Below, piece after piece: positions 24,322-32,936 of a stretch of 39,513 nt of DNA. This DNA comes from a virus (Duplodnaviria; Caudoviricetes). Location: positions 1 through 39,513 of the IMG/VR virus record IMGVR_UViG_3300020414_000324. One strand, given 5' to 3'. The notes under the pieces were generated by a model. The model saw only the letters and a list, made by a program, of their open reading frames with translations. It did not search any database and had not been told where the DNA came from. The translations under genes were made by a program, and so were the position numbers. Every line of letters starts with the position of its first letter. Within the stretch, counting starts at the first letter, position 1.

Positions 24322-24681
24322 TCAGTTTATAGTTGGTTTGTCAAGTTTTTTGTAGACACAATCAACTGCATAAGAACTGAAACCACCAATATGCCAATCA
24401 TACTCATCAGTAGGGATATATCCCATCTTCCAATTGTAGATTGTAGCGGTAACAGTTTCAAAGTCCTCAATTCCAGTATCATCTGTAAATGGTACTTTGA
24501 ACTCTATTGACCATTGAGCGTTAACCTTTTCATAAGGGTCACCATCTGTCATGGTAGGGTGTCCAAACACCTTGACTAACTCATCATAGGTAGTCTTGAT
24601 AGTTCCTTGTAAACTTGTCATGTTGATATCAACAGTATCACAGACAAGAGTATTGGTAATTTCAAAGTTATTATCCAACAT
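24322..24681 (-). CDS. hypothetical protein
   Basis: MLDNNFE..., TSLQG...LVKVFG.P...ATIYNWK...WHIGG; GGAG RBS. Confidence 0.75.
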   Translation of the reverse strand: MLDNNFEITNTLVCDTVDINMTSLQGTIKTTYDELVKVFGHPTMTDGDPYEKVNAQWSIEFKVPFTDDTGIEDFETVTATIYNWKMGYIPTDEYDWHIGGFSSYAVDCVYKKLDKPTIN

Positions 24682-24880
24682 TGATAACTTCTCCTTTCCC
24701 AATCCACACAAGCAACTCTTCAAACAAGATTTCCCATGTATCTTTTTTTTCTTTGACATAATCGAAAGCATGGACATTTTCTTTTGCCCACTTAATAGCG
24801 TCTTTCGCATTGTCAAACTCGCCGGTCTTACCCATTTTGTTGTTTTGAGTATAGACCACATATTTCACAGTATTTTTCAT
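24671..24880 (-). CDS. hypothetical protein
   Basis: MKNTVKYVV..., AAGGAG RBS; promoter TTGACA-17-TAAAGT at 24909-24937. Confidence 0.7.
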   Translation of the reverse strand: MKNTVKYVVYTQNNKMGKTGEFDNAKDAIKWAKENVHAFDYVKEKKDTWEILFEELLVWIGKGEVINVG

Positions 24881-24944
24881 AACGACTCCTTTTCTCACTT
24901 TACGAATCACTTTACCATATTCAAGAAACTTTGTCAAGTCCCTT

Positions 24945-25169
24945 TTAACCAAAAACTGGGTGTCCATCACTAAAATGGTCGCCTGTTTCTATCGCAAAGA
25001 TTTCGTCCTTTGCAACGTCAGCACCCATAGTACCAAACTTTGTTTTGATAACAGTCATCAAATCCTCTTTGGTTTTGACCAAATCATCAGCAACAAAGTT
25101 ACCGTCCTCATCAAAAAAGTCCCAAACGAACTCTTGAACCTCAATGATAAAATTACCTACTTTCGACAT
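24945..25169 (-). CDS. acidic hypothetical early protein
   Basis: GAGG RBS, behind promoter 25201-25229. Confidence 0.75.
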   Translation of the reverse strand: MSKVGNFIIEVQEFVWDFFDEDGNFVADDLVKTKEDLMTVIKTKFGTMGADVAKDEIFAIETGDHFSDGHPVFG

Positions 25170-25200
25170 TTTTTACCTCTTTTCTCATTATTACAATACA

Positions 25201-25315
25201 TTTATATCATGTTCTGAAAACATTGTCAAGTCCCAAAAAAACCCTTATAAATCAAGGACTTATAAGGGTCATTTGTTCTAGTTTTGTTCGTTTTTGTGCG
25301 AATCGGTGCGAATCA
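25201..25315 (-). promoter_or_regulatory. early promoter module with IHF site, LexA-type box and GANTC repeat
   Basis: TTGACA-17-TATAAA (25201-25229); AATCAAggacTTA 25250-25262; GTTC-N7-GTTC 25275-25289; gcgaatcggtgcgaatc 25298-25314. Confidence 0.75.
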
Positions 25316-25762
25316 CAATTCAGATAATAGTTTTTTCAACTTCTTCTTAGACTTACCTAACGCTTTTGCTTTTGCAATCTTATCTTTGTTTGATGTATCA
25401 TCACCAACAACTACAAGACCAATCATACCCATACCTTTATGGGGTGTACACCAATAATAGTAAATACCAGGCACATCAAAAGTGATTGATACTTCTTTAC
25501 CATTCTTTGACTTTTTAGGAATATCAAAACCATCTGGAGCTGCAATAATCTCTACGTTATGTCCTTTTGATGCAGGCAACCAAGTAATCGTTTCTCCAAC
25601 TGCAACTTTTGCTATCTCTTTTGAGTAGACCATTTTATTACCATCTGCATCTTTGTTTAACATATCAATGGTCATATCGGCAGCGAACACTAAACTTTGT
25701 CCACTAAAGAAACCACCTAAAAATGCTAAACTCCAAATCAATCCAATGTAATACTTAATCAT
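25313..25762 (-). CDS. pseudoazurin-like blue copper protein
   Basis: signal peptide; GHNV and YYYWCTPHKGMGMIGLVVVG type-1 Cu ligands (His, Cys, His, Met). Confidence 0.9.
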   Translation of the reverse strand: MIKYYIGLIWSLAFLGGFFSGQSLVFAADMTIDMLNKDADGNKMVYSKEIAKVAVGETITWLPASKGHNVEIIAAPDGFDIPKKSKNGKEVSITFDVPGIYYYWCTPHKGMGMIGLVVVGDDTSNKDKIAKAKALGKSKKKLKKLLSEL

Positions 25763-25777
25763 TATCTTTTCCTTTCA

Positions 25778-25873
25778 CTATGCACCATGACCGTATGTGT
25801 CATAGTCCCAATCTTGATGAGATTTTTTCTGTTCACTTATATATTGATTTTCTTCTTCAGTATAAGGCCACAT
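25778..25873 (-). CDS. 31-aa peptide MWPYTEEENQYISEQKKSHQDWDYDTYGHGA (not in ORF track)
   Basis: GGAG RBS; ATG coupled to upstream TAA. Confidence 0.55.
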   Translation of the reverse strand: MWPYTEEENQYISEQKKSHQDWDYDTYGHGA

Positions 25874-26115
25874 TATTTATTCTCCAAGTCTTTGAGCATC
25901 TGGTCATATTCTTGATTAGTTCTTTCATTCATTTGTTCAAAATGAAATGACATATCTTTATCTAACTTATTCCAAAGACCCACCTCTTGCATCAGTTTTC
26001 TATTTGCTGATAACTGGCGACCTCTTTGCATTTCAATTAAACCTCTTTGAAACCATTTACTAACGGCTTCACAAAATTTGCAAGTCTCTTGATAGACTGC
26101 TTCTGCTACAGACAT
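25873..26115 (-). CDS. small hypothetical protein
   Basis: AGGAG RBS; TATAAATA at 26161-26168 upstream. Confidence 0.75.
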   Translation of the reverse strand: MSVAEAVYQETCKFCEAVSKWFQRGLIEMQRGRQLSANRKLMQEVGLWNKLDKDMSFHFEQMNERTNQEYDQMLKDLENK

Positions 26116-26219
26116 TCTGTTTCTCCTATGTTTTGAAAATGTAGTTTAATACTACTATTATATTTATATTGGAAATTATGTTTTGGATTGGAAAACTTGC
26201 GTTTCCATTTTGGAAATAA

Positions 26220-26516
26220 TCATCTTCTTCTTCTAGTTTTGGGTTTGTTATTTAGTTCTTCTTTTGCTCTTTCTGCCTCCTCTCTCATCTTTCTTTCAAT
26301 ACTAGATTTTTCGTCTTGTTGTTTCCATTTACAATTTTCTCTTTGAGATAATTGAGCACGGAATTTATTTCTAACTTGTTCTGCGTTATTTGTGAATTGT
26401 AATAAAAATTTGATTGCAACATAACCATCACCTTTAAACATAAGTCTATCGTTACGATAAACCTTACCTTTACCGTCATCTAATATTATACTACAGTTAT
26501 CGTAATCAAACCTCAT
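26220..26516 (-). CDS. hypothetical protein
   Basis: MRFDYDNC..., basic C-terminus; overlaps resolvase stop. Confidence 0.65.
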   Translation of the reverse strand: MRFDYDNCSIILDDGKGKVYRNDRLMFKGDGYVAIKFLLQFTNNAEQVRNKFRAQLSQRENCKWKQQDEKSSIERKMREEAERAKEELNNKPKTRRRR

Positions 26517-26844
26517 CTTTGTGCAGTCCAATGAAATACTCTGCATCAACTAGAACTAATGGTTTATGATTGTTTCTTTTCACAACAACTATCGGTTCAT
26601 AGTCTTTGCTGTTTTCGACTGCTTGAGAATAAGATTCCCATATGTTTACTTTTTCTTGATTCTTACATTCAATAGAATAAGGGAACTTCTCTCTCGCAGC
26701 CCTTGCCATAATCAAGTCTTCTCCACCAGCGCCCATAGACCTTGACTCTACATCTTCTGGGTGTACTTTGAGTTCTTCTATAAGTTGTTCACGAACCCAT
26801 TGTTGTAATCTTCTACCTTTTGCTTTCGCACTTTGTGTCTTCAA
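26506..26844 (-). CDS. Holliday junction resolvase-like PD-(D/E)XK nuclease
   Basis: SAKAKGRRLQQWV, SMGAGGEDL, FPYSIECKN; TTG start coupled to upstream TGA. Confidence 0.75.
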   Translation of the reverse strand: MKTQSAKAKGRRLQQWVREQLIEELKVHPEDVESRSMGAGGEDLIMARAAREKFPYSIECKNQEKVNIWESYSQAVENSKDYEPIVVVKRNNHKPLVLVDAEYFIGLHKDEV

Positions 26845-26990
26845 TTCTGAACCCACCTCGCATAATCTTTTTCACAAAGTTCACATTGACATTTTGGGCA
26901 GATTAAATCCATCTGTTCCCCATGACATTGTTCATCTTTTAATGGTCTATCACAATGAGATTCGTTCTCACATAATTTACATTTTGTCAT
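26841..26990 (-). CDS. Cys-rich metal-binding mini-protein (49 aa, 8 Cys; not in ORF track)
   Basis: MTKCKLCENESHCDRPLKDEQCHGEQMDLICPKCQCELCEKDYARWVQN; ATGA coupling. Confidence 0.7.
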   Translation of the reverse strand: MTKCKLCENESHCDRPLKDEQCHGEQMDLICPKCQCELCEKDYARWVQN

Positions 26991-27097
26991 CTACAACACT
27001 CACACTCACAACCAGTACAAACATCATTTGGGCAGTTCTGACAATCTTCATTACAATGACAATCACAACTACATTTTATGCATTTACAATCAGTCAT
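26987..27097 (-). CDS. metallothionein-like peptide (36 aa, 13 Cys; not in ORF track)
   Basis: MTDCKCIKCSCDCHCNEDCQNCPNDVCTGCECECCR; GGAG RBS. Confidence 0.75.
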   Translation of the reverse strand: MTDCKCIKCSCDCHCNEDCQNCPNDVCTGCECECCR

Positions 27098-27257
27098 AGT
27101 CTTCTTCTCCAAAATCCTCGTCTATGTAATCTTCATCATTATTTATTTCTCCACCACAGAAGACACAATGACGAGCAGTATAGTGACTGTCAGACATTCC
27201 AAATCGTACTGTGAATTCTACATCACAGTCTGGACAGTATAAAACTTTTTTAGACAT
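27090..27257 (-). CDS. zinc-ribbon mini-protein with acidic tail (55 aa; not in ORF track)
   Basis: CPDC...CVFC, tail DEDYIDEDFGEEDYD; ATG immediately after the RNR stop. Confidence 0.75.
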   Translation of the reverse strand: MSKKVLYCPDCDVEFTVRFGMSDSHYTARHCVFCGGEINNDEDYIDEDFGEEDYD

Positions 27258-29183
27258 TTAGATTTCACAACCCCCAGCAGCAGAACAAGCAAGTTCTTGC
27301 GAACCAATGGTCATATCAGTTTTTTCATATTCACCTAATAAAGACCAATCTACTACCTTTGGCATCTTATTTAGTATCTCTTTATACATCTTTTCATCAC
27401 AATCTTGATATGGTGCTTGTTTATATGTATGGTCACTAAATGGTAAGAAACTCACACCAGACATATAATCAAAGTGTTCATAAACCCATGCACCAACTTC
27501 TAACCATTCATGTTCTTTAACGGTAATAGTAACACTTGGTTTGTGCTCACACCATGACTTCTGATAGGTTAACCAAAGTTCCAACTGCTCTATGGCGCTC
27601 ATATCGGTTCTAAACACCGATTTAGCGTCAACTTTCATAGGAAATGAAAAGACTGAAGTATGACTTGGATTCATTACATCATCTTCAATTGGAAATCCAG
27701 CATCTTTCATCATCTTTGTCAATGGGTCTTTTTTATCTCCACGAACCGTTCTAATATAATATGGGTTATGTCTTGCATGAATTCCAGAGGCTGCATCTAC
27801 AAGTTGCGATACAGTACCAGATGGTTTAACACAAGTAATTGCAACTGCACGATTGATACCAAGTTTCTTTGCCCACTTCTTATTAGTTTCTACAGCGTGT
27901 TCTCTTAATTTATTAAGTAAATCTTCTAGACCCTTTTCCTTACCATTTGTAAGTGGACTATCCATAATTCCAGTAAGTGATACACCAAGAAGTCTTTCTT
28001 CACTACAATTCTTTTTCCACATTGCAGATACATATTTAAAGTTTGTCAATGTAGATTGGAACGTACCAAGAATAGTTGCAAGTTCAACTTTTTTCATTAG
28101 AGTTTCTTCTGTATCACCAACACGAATTACTGCCTCTGAAAGATTACAGAATTCTCTATCTCTCAATATAATTTCAGAACAAGGATTCGTACCGAACTCA
28201 TATCCGTCTACAACTCTACGACCATTTCTAGATGCCATCTTATTTGCAGACTCACGATTAAAGATACCTCTTTCACCAGACTTGGAATCATAAAGAGATT
28301 TCCATTCGTCCATGAAGATACCAATATCTGGTTTTTCAGAATAACACGCAGAGTTATTTGCAAGCGCTCTTTGTCCATTCTGTTCCCACCATTGTCCTGC
28401 CTTTGCATGACGCATACGGTCATCAGAGAGATTAGATAAACTAATTAATGCACTTCTACGAACACCACCAACTACAACAATCTCTGCAATCTTACAGACG
28501 ATATCATGACACTCAAGTGATGTTAACTTTCTACCATGTGCATTTTTAAAAGTAGAAACACAAAAGTCAAATAAACTTTCTAATGGGTCAGGCCCAGATG
28601 CACGACCACCAAAAGTTTTCAATGGAGCACCAGCAGGTCTAACTTTTGACATATCCCATTTTGGAATCTGTCCAATATACAACATACCAATTAATTCTTT
28701 AAATGCTTTTGCCCAACCTAACTTACTATCTGCAACTTGAATAACAGTATCAGACATATAAAATTCTTCTGCAATATCTGGAAGTTTTGCAGTATACTGT
28801 CTTTCAACAGAAAAACCAACACCAGTACCATTCATCAATACATATAAGATTTCATCAAAAGCAGCAACTCTATCTACTGCAACATAAGAACAGTTATAAC
28901 CAGCAATATTTTCTTTCTTCAATGCTTCACCAGCAGTCATAAGACAACGCATTGATGGCATCACTCTAGTTTCTAAAATTGCTTCTTCTAATTCATTCTT
29001 AGTTTTTGAGTCTAGTTTATAACCACACATCTCTTCTAGATGTGACTCAAAAAAGTTAAAGTATCTTCCTACAGTTTCACTCCAAGTTTCTCTACGACCC
29101 TCTTCAGGCAACCATCTAGAATATCTTGATAAATGAATAAACTGCTGATATTGTGTTGGTAATGAGTTTGATAAGTTAGACAT
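27258..29183 (-). CDS. nrdJ: class II (B12-dependent) ribonucleotide reductase, monomeric RTPR type
   Basis: GYNCSY, GTGVGFS, VVVGGVRRSA, GTNPCSEIIL, FCNLSE, TCVKPSGTVSQL, C-terminal CSAAGGCEI; no nrdB adjacent. Confidence 0.9.
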   Translation of the reverse strand: MSNLSNSLPTQYQQFIHLSRYSRWLPEEGRRETWSETVGRYFNFFESHLEEMCGYKLDSKTKNELEEAILETRVMPSMRCLMTAGEALKKENIAGYNCSYVAVDRVAAFDEILYVLMNGTGVGFSVERQYTAKLPDIAEEFYMSDTVIQVADSKLGWAKAFKELIGMLYIGQIPKWDMSKVRPAGAPLKTFGGRASGPDPLESLFDFCVSTFKNAHGRKLTSLECHDIVCKIAEIVVVGGVRRSALISLSNLSDDRMRHAKAGQWWEQNGQRALANNSACYSEKPDIGIFMDEWKSLYDSKSGERGIFNRESANKMASRNGRRVVDGYEFGTNPCSEIILRDREFCNLSEAVIRVGDTEETLMKKVELATILGTFQSTLTNFKYVSAMWKKNCSEERLLGVSLTGIMDSPLTNGKEKGLEDLLNKLREHAVETNKKWAKKLGINRAVAITCVKPSGTVSQLVDAASGIHARHNPYYIRTVRGDKKDPLTKMMKDAGFPIEDDVMNPSHTSVFSFPMKVDAKSVFRTDMSAIEQLELWLTYQKSWCEHKPSVTITVKEHEWLEVGAWVYEHFDYMSGVSFLPFSDHTYKQAPYQDCDEKMYKEILNKMPKVVDWSLLGEYEKTDMTIGSQELACSAAGGCEI

Positions 29184-30189
29184 TTACTTTTCTCCAATTT
29201 GTGAACTTCAACAAGGCCATATTACCTTGATAAGTATTATTTTTTATTATCGTTTCTATTTCTTCTTTTGTCTTTCCAGACATAACCATATCATTAATAT
29301 CTTTCTCTTGAATATCATCAGGCCATAACACCATAGGATATCCATCTTCCAAAAGATTTTTCATACTCTTGAGAACGTCAGAATTTCTTCTGTCGTTATC
29401 TGGTATGATAACTGTATCTTTGGGTAACATCTTAAATTTATTAAAACCAAGGACGGCAACACAATTGTCCACGAATAGTGAATCAATTGGGCCTTCTACT
29501 GCGAATCTGGTTTTATCTGATTTAAGTCTGTCTTGACCAAAGATGAGTTGCGTGTCCTCATGGACTTTGCTTGTTTGATATCGTAATTTGAAATCATTAT
29601 TGTCATAAGACCTTCCTTGACACGCAATAAACTTGTTACTTTCATCATGACAAGGTATGATTAACCTTGCACAATCATTATTAGTATCTAGTTTTTTAGG
29701 ACACCATTCGTTAGACCATTTGTTAAACGACTCAGTATGATATAAGAGATAGTGTTTATCAGAGGGTATTTTTCTCTTTTGCACATATATCTTAGCATAA
29801 TGATTATGGTCTAATGACGATATCTTTTTTAACAGTTTAGATTTTAAGGGTGAATTACCCTTTAGATGAGGTGGTGGTTTAAAATCAAATTTTTCACTTA
29901 CCTCTTTGTCTTTACCATTATCTAAATACTTTTCTTTTATATAGTCATCATGCAACTGCGAGTCTAGGTGTTTTAGAAAATTATTTAAGTTTGCACCAAT
30001 TCCACAGTTGTGACACTTATATATAAGATTCGATTCTTTGCGAAAGACATAACCCCTCGCTTTTGTCTTATTTGTTTGAGAATCACCACAATAAGGACAC
30101 CTAAAGTTCCAGAGGTAGTCACCTTTCCTCTTGAACTGTTGGAGTCGTGATGATGCTAATAATAGGTATTTTTGTTCTATATACATCAT
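29176..30189 (-). CDS. gp61: DNA primase gp61
   Basis: NFRCPYCGDS, YKCHNCG zinc motif, VEGPIDSLF, KDINDM. Confidence 0.95.
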   Translation of the reverse strand: MMYIEQKYLLLASSRLQQFKRKGDYLWNFRCPYCGDSQTNKTKARGYVFRKESNLIYKCHNCGIGANLNNFLKHLDSQLHDDYIKEKYLDNGKDKEVSEKFDFKPPPHLKGNSPLKSKLLKKISSLDHNHYAKIYVQKRKIPSDKHYLLYHTESFNKWSNEWCPKKLDTNNDCARLIIPCHDESNKFIACQGRSYDNNDFKLRYQTSKVHEDTQLIFGQDRLKSDKTRFAVEGPIDSLFVDNCVAVLGFNKFKMLPKDTVIIPDNDRRNSDVLKSMKNLLEDGYPMVLWPDDIQEKDINDMVMSGKTKEEIETIIKNNTYQGNMALLKFTNWRKVNV

Positions 30190-30199
30190 AATAGAACAG

Positions 30200-30228
30200 A
30201 GTATATATGATTGTTAGGGGATTGTCAA
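30200..30228 (-). promoter_or_regulatory. sigma70-type promoter of the primase-nrdJ operon
   Basis: TTGACA-17bp-TATACT, 10 nt before the ATG. Confidence 0.8.
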
Positions 30229-30632
30229 GTCCAAATAGGAAGTTTTGTGATAATAAATCCACAAACGATTGAACCGCCAATAATGACCCAACGCCATTTC
30301 TCTAGGATACCAACTCTGTTATTCAGTTCTACACTAATCTTCTGTAATTCTGCTAACATCTTTGATTCCATATCATTCATGCGTTGGGCCGTTTTGTCTG
30401 CGTTGTTGGATATTCTGGAATGAAGTTCTTGAATATTTTCTCTAAACTCAGTTTCTTGTCCATCTAGTGCTTCTTCTTGACGCATTAGTTTTTCCTCATG
30501 GACTGCCATTATAGTATGTAACGAACTAGAAACATCTGCAATCTTTTCAATCGCAGTATCCAGACGAACATGAATTTGTTTCATGTCATCTACTTCTCTT
30601 TTTAATAATGCGATTTCTGTTTCTACTGACAT
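30225..30632 (-). CDS. coiled-coil protein with C-terminal TM helix
   Basis: LEKWRWVIIGG C-terminal anchor. Confidence 0.75.
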   Translation of the reverse strand: MSVETEIALLKREVDDMKQIHVRLDTAIEKIADVSSSLHTIMAVHEEKLMRQEEALDGQETEFRENIQELHSRISNNADKTAQRMNDMESKMLAELQKISVELNNRVGILEKWRWVIIGGSIVCGFIITKLPIWT

Positions 30633-30635
30633 ATC

Positions 30636-30869
30636 TTACCTCGTTGGCATACCATCTTCAAATGACATTATGTTATTTCTATCATCTACTACTACGGCAA
30701 GTTTTTTACAACTTATAGATACACTATCATTATTAGTCGGTTTAATTTGCATATTTCTTTCCATAGTCCTCTTGGTAGATAGACATTCACTAAGACCATC
30801 ACGAACTGTATATTCAATCAACTCTCCACCACTCATATACAACAAAAGTACAAATTCTACTACTTTCAT
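30636..30869 (-). CDS. small exported two-Cys hypothetical protein
   Basis: hydrophobic N-terminus, LSECL...ISCK. Confidence 0.65.
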   Translation of the reverse strand: MKVVEFVLLLYMSGGELIEYTVRDGLSECLSTKRTMERNMQIKPTNNDSVSISCKKLAVVVDDRNNIMSFEDGMPTR

Positions 30870-30870
30870 T

Positions 30871-31323
30871 TTAATGTTTTCCGTTCTTTACTGCATCATA
30901 GTGATTATTCACTATTCTGTCTTTTAACTCATCAATTGATTTTTCTAACTTATTAATTCTTGTTTCATAAAATTGTAGAGTTAACGCTTGTTGTTGGTCG
31001 TATGGTGCTTTACCCTCTTCAATATCTTTTGCAAGTTTTTCAAGTTCACCAGCGATATGTTCTATTAACATAAACTGTTCAGCATCTGCTGGTAACGCAC
31101 CCATTTCACCTCTTGGCCATTTGATTCGGAATTCAGTATTTTTTTCCAAATCAGACTGCATTAGAGTTTGTTCAGTTTCAATGGAGTTTAATCTTTCAAT
31201 GATGCCAAAGTAAGCCCAAGTAGCAACAGCAACTGCAACAATAATAGAAACCATGTTTCTTATTGGCATTGCAACATTTGTGTCATCTGATAATTTAGTT
31301 GGTTGTGGCATCACTTTCTCCAT
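30871..31323 (-). CDS. membrane-anchored coiled-coil hypothetical protein
   Basis: single TM then coiled coil; late promoter TATAAATA at 31327-31334. Confidence 0.75.
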   Translation of the reverse strand: MEKVMPQPTKLSDDTNVAMPIRNMVSIIVAVAVATWAYFGIIERLNSIETEQTLMQSDLEKNTEFRIKWPRGEMGALPADAEQFMLIEHIAGELEKLAKDIEEGKAPYDQQQALTLQFYETRINKLEKSIDELKDRIVNNHYDAVKNGKH

Positions 31324-31373
31324 TACTATTTATACATTGTCAAAGTTTTGACAAGAGTAATAATTTGACGCAT

Positions 31374-31982
31374 TTATTTGTCAGTTTTTTTACCACTCAA
31401 GTATTTTGGAATACTCTCATTTGCATCTCTGTGTTTATTCCATGCAACCCAACCACCAAGTCTTAATGCCCAGTAGGATAAGTAGTTCAAGAAATAGAAA
31501 CCATTGATTTCAATATTAATATCTCTGAATACACCGTCCATCCATTTTTGAGATTTTTTCCCAATGTCTGTACCGTCTTTCTTGAGAAGTGTTGCATACT
31601 TATATCCATAGTCATGGATTAGACCACCGATTAATAGGACACCTACTGGTGATAAAAATTGTGCCAAGAACTTTGGTACACTTGCACCATCAAACTTGAA
31701 CCCTTTTGGAATAACTAAATCCACACCAGAAAATGAATAATGAAAGTCTTTTACAACTTCCCAATGTCTAGTACCGAATACCCAGAGTTTTAATGCACCC
31801 CAGAACCCTTTACCTTTTGTTGCAATTCTAATTGGTTTAAGATGTGGATAATCTTTATATTTAAAACCGATTGGTTTAATTTTCTTTCTGTCAAATAAAT
31901 TAATAATAAATCCTATAATTACTAAAATAATGAATATGGTCATTGGCCAAAATTGCATTGCCAAACTTAAAATAAAATCCAT
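31374..31982 (-). CDS. DUF1353-like protein
   Basis: IPKGFKFDGASVP, IHDYGY, ALRLGGW. Confidence 0.8.
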   Translation of the reverse strand: MDFILSLAMQFWPMTIFIILVIIGFIINLFDRKKIKPIGFKYKDYPHLKPIRIATKGKGFWGALKLWVFGTRHWEVVKDFHYSFSGVDLVIPKGFKFDGASVPKFLAQFLSPVGVLLIGGLIHDYGYKYATLLKKDGTDIGKKSQKWMDGVFRDINIEINGFYFLNYLSYWALRLGGWVAWNKHRDANESIPKYLSGKKTDK

Positions 31983-32374
31983 TATTCTTTCTCCTTTTCT
32001 TTTGGTTTCACCGCTTTTTCATAATATACTATAATTGCTTTTTGTTGTTCAATATATCTTCTTAACTCAGCAAAATTGGCAGACAGATTTTCATAGTCTT
32101 TTATAGAAATTGCAACGTAAGAATCACCACCATTCTTTGCTTCAAACTCTTTCTTGAATTCTTCAAAGTTTTCTGATGGTGAAACTACATATATCTTTAC
32201 GTCATGCATTTTCACTTGTTTAGGGTGTGGAACAATAGGAATATTTTTTTCTATAAGTTTTGTTTCCACAACAATTTCTTTTTCTGGTTTACTCCAGATA
32301 CCAGAACAACCACTAATCAGTAGAGTTGTCGCTAGTAATAGACTCAAGATTATCCCAGAGTTTGTCTGTTGCAT
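31982..32374 (-). CDS. putative o-spanin (outer membrane lipoprotein)
   Basis: lipobox LISGC, Pro-rich segment, YENLSAN...YY; overlaps the i-spanin 3' end. Confidence 0.7.
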   Translation of the reverse strand: MQQTNSGIILSLLLATTLLISGCSGIWSKPEKEIVVETKLIEKNIPIVPHPKQVKMHDVKIYVVSPSENFEEFKKEFEAKNGGDSYVAISIKDYENLSANFAELRRYIEQQKAIIVYYEKAVKPKEKEKE

Positions 32375-32702
32375 TTTGCATCCTCTTTTCTATCATACCT
32401 GGCTTCTTGTTTGCCAAGTGTGTCAAATTATGTTTTCGCAGAGTATTACGAAGTTCATCTCCGTATTTTTCTGCTTTTTTAAGTTCACCACCCAAATCAT
32501 CTATTAATTGATTTAAAGCAAGTGCATTTTTATTTAATTGTTCTATAGTCGCAGTATTCGTATCATTAGCACTCTTTAGTTTTGCATTGTTTTGTGTAAG
32601 AGTTGAGATACGTTGTTGTGTATCTTTGTAGTAACCGTATGCACCCCATACAGCACCACCAACGAGTCCTACAACAATAACAATAGCATAAATCCTAAAC
32701 AT
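32313..32702 (-). CDS. putative i-spanin
   Basis: N-terminal TM followed by coiled coil, KPGMIEKR; overlapping lipoprotein partner. Confidence 0.7.
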   Translation of the reverse strand: MFRIYAIVIVVGLVGGAVWGAYGYYKDTQQRISTLTQNNAKLKSANDTNTATIEQLNKNALALNQLIDDLGGELKKAEKYGDELRNTLRKHNLTHLANKKPGMIEKRMQNATDKLWDNLESITSDNSTD

Positions 32703-32716
32703 ATACTACCCCTTTA

Positions 32717-32935
32717 TTAATATGGTTGAATTCCTAACCATGCACTAAAACCGAACACTTCCATAAGCATGAATGTGAATAGCATGATTACAATTGACCA
32801 CATGATTAATTTACCGTTAAAGTTTGATGCTGCTAATTTAATTGCAAGAATCTCGTTGCCAAAAAATCTTAACATCAACTCAAATTCATTGTGGTCATCT
32901 TTAACGACCACCCCATTCTTTTTTTCTTTTTCCAT
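32717..32935 (-). CDS. membrane hypothetical protein
   Basis: MEKEKK... start avoids overlap; C-terminal TM. Confidence 0.6.
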   Translation of the reverse strand: MEKEKKNGVVVKDDHNEFELMLRFFGNEILAIKLAASNFNGKLIMWSIVIMLFTFMLMEVFGFSAWLGIQPY

Positions 32936-32936
32936 A

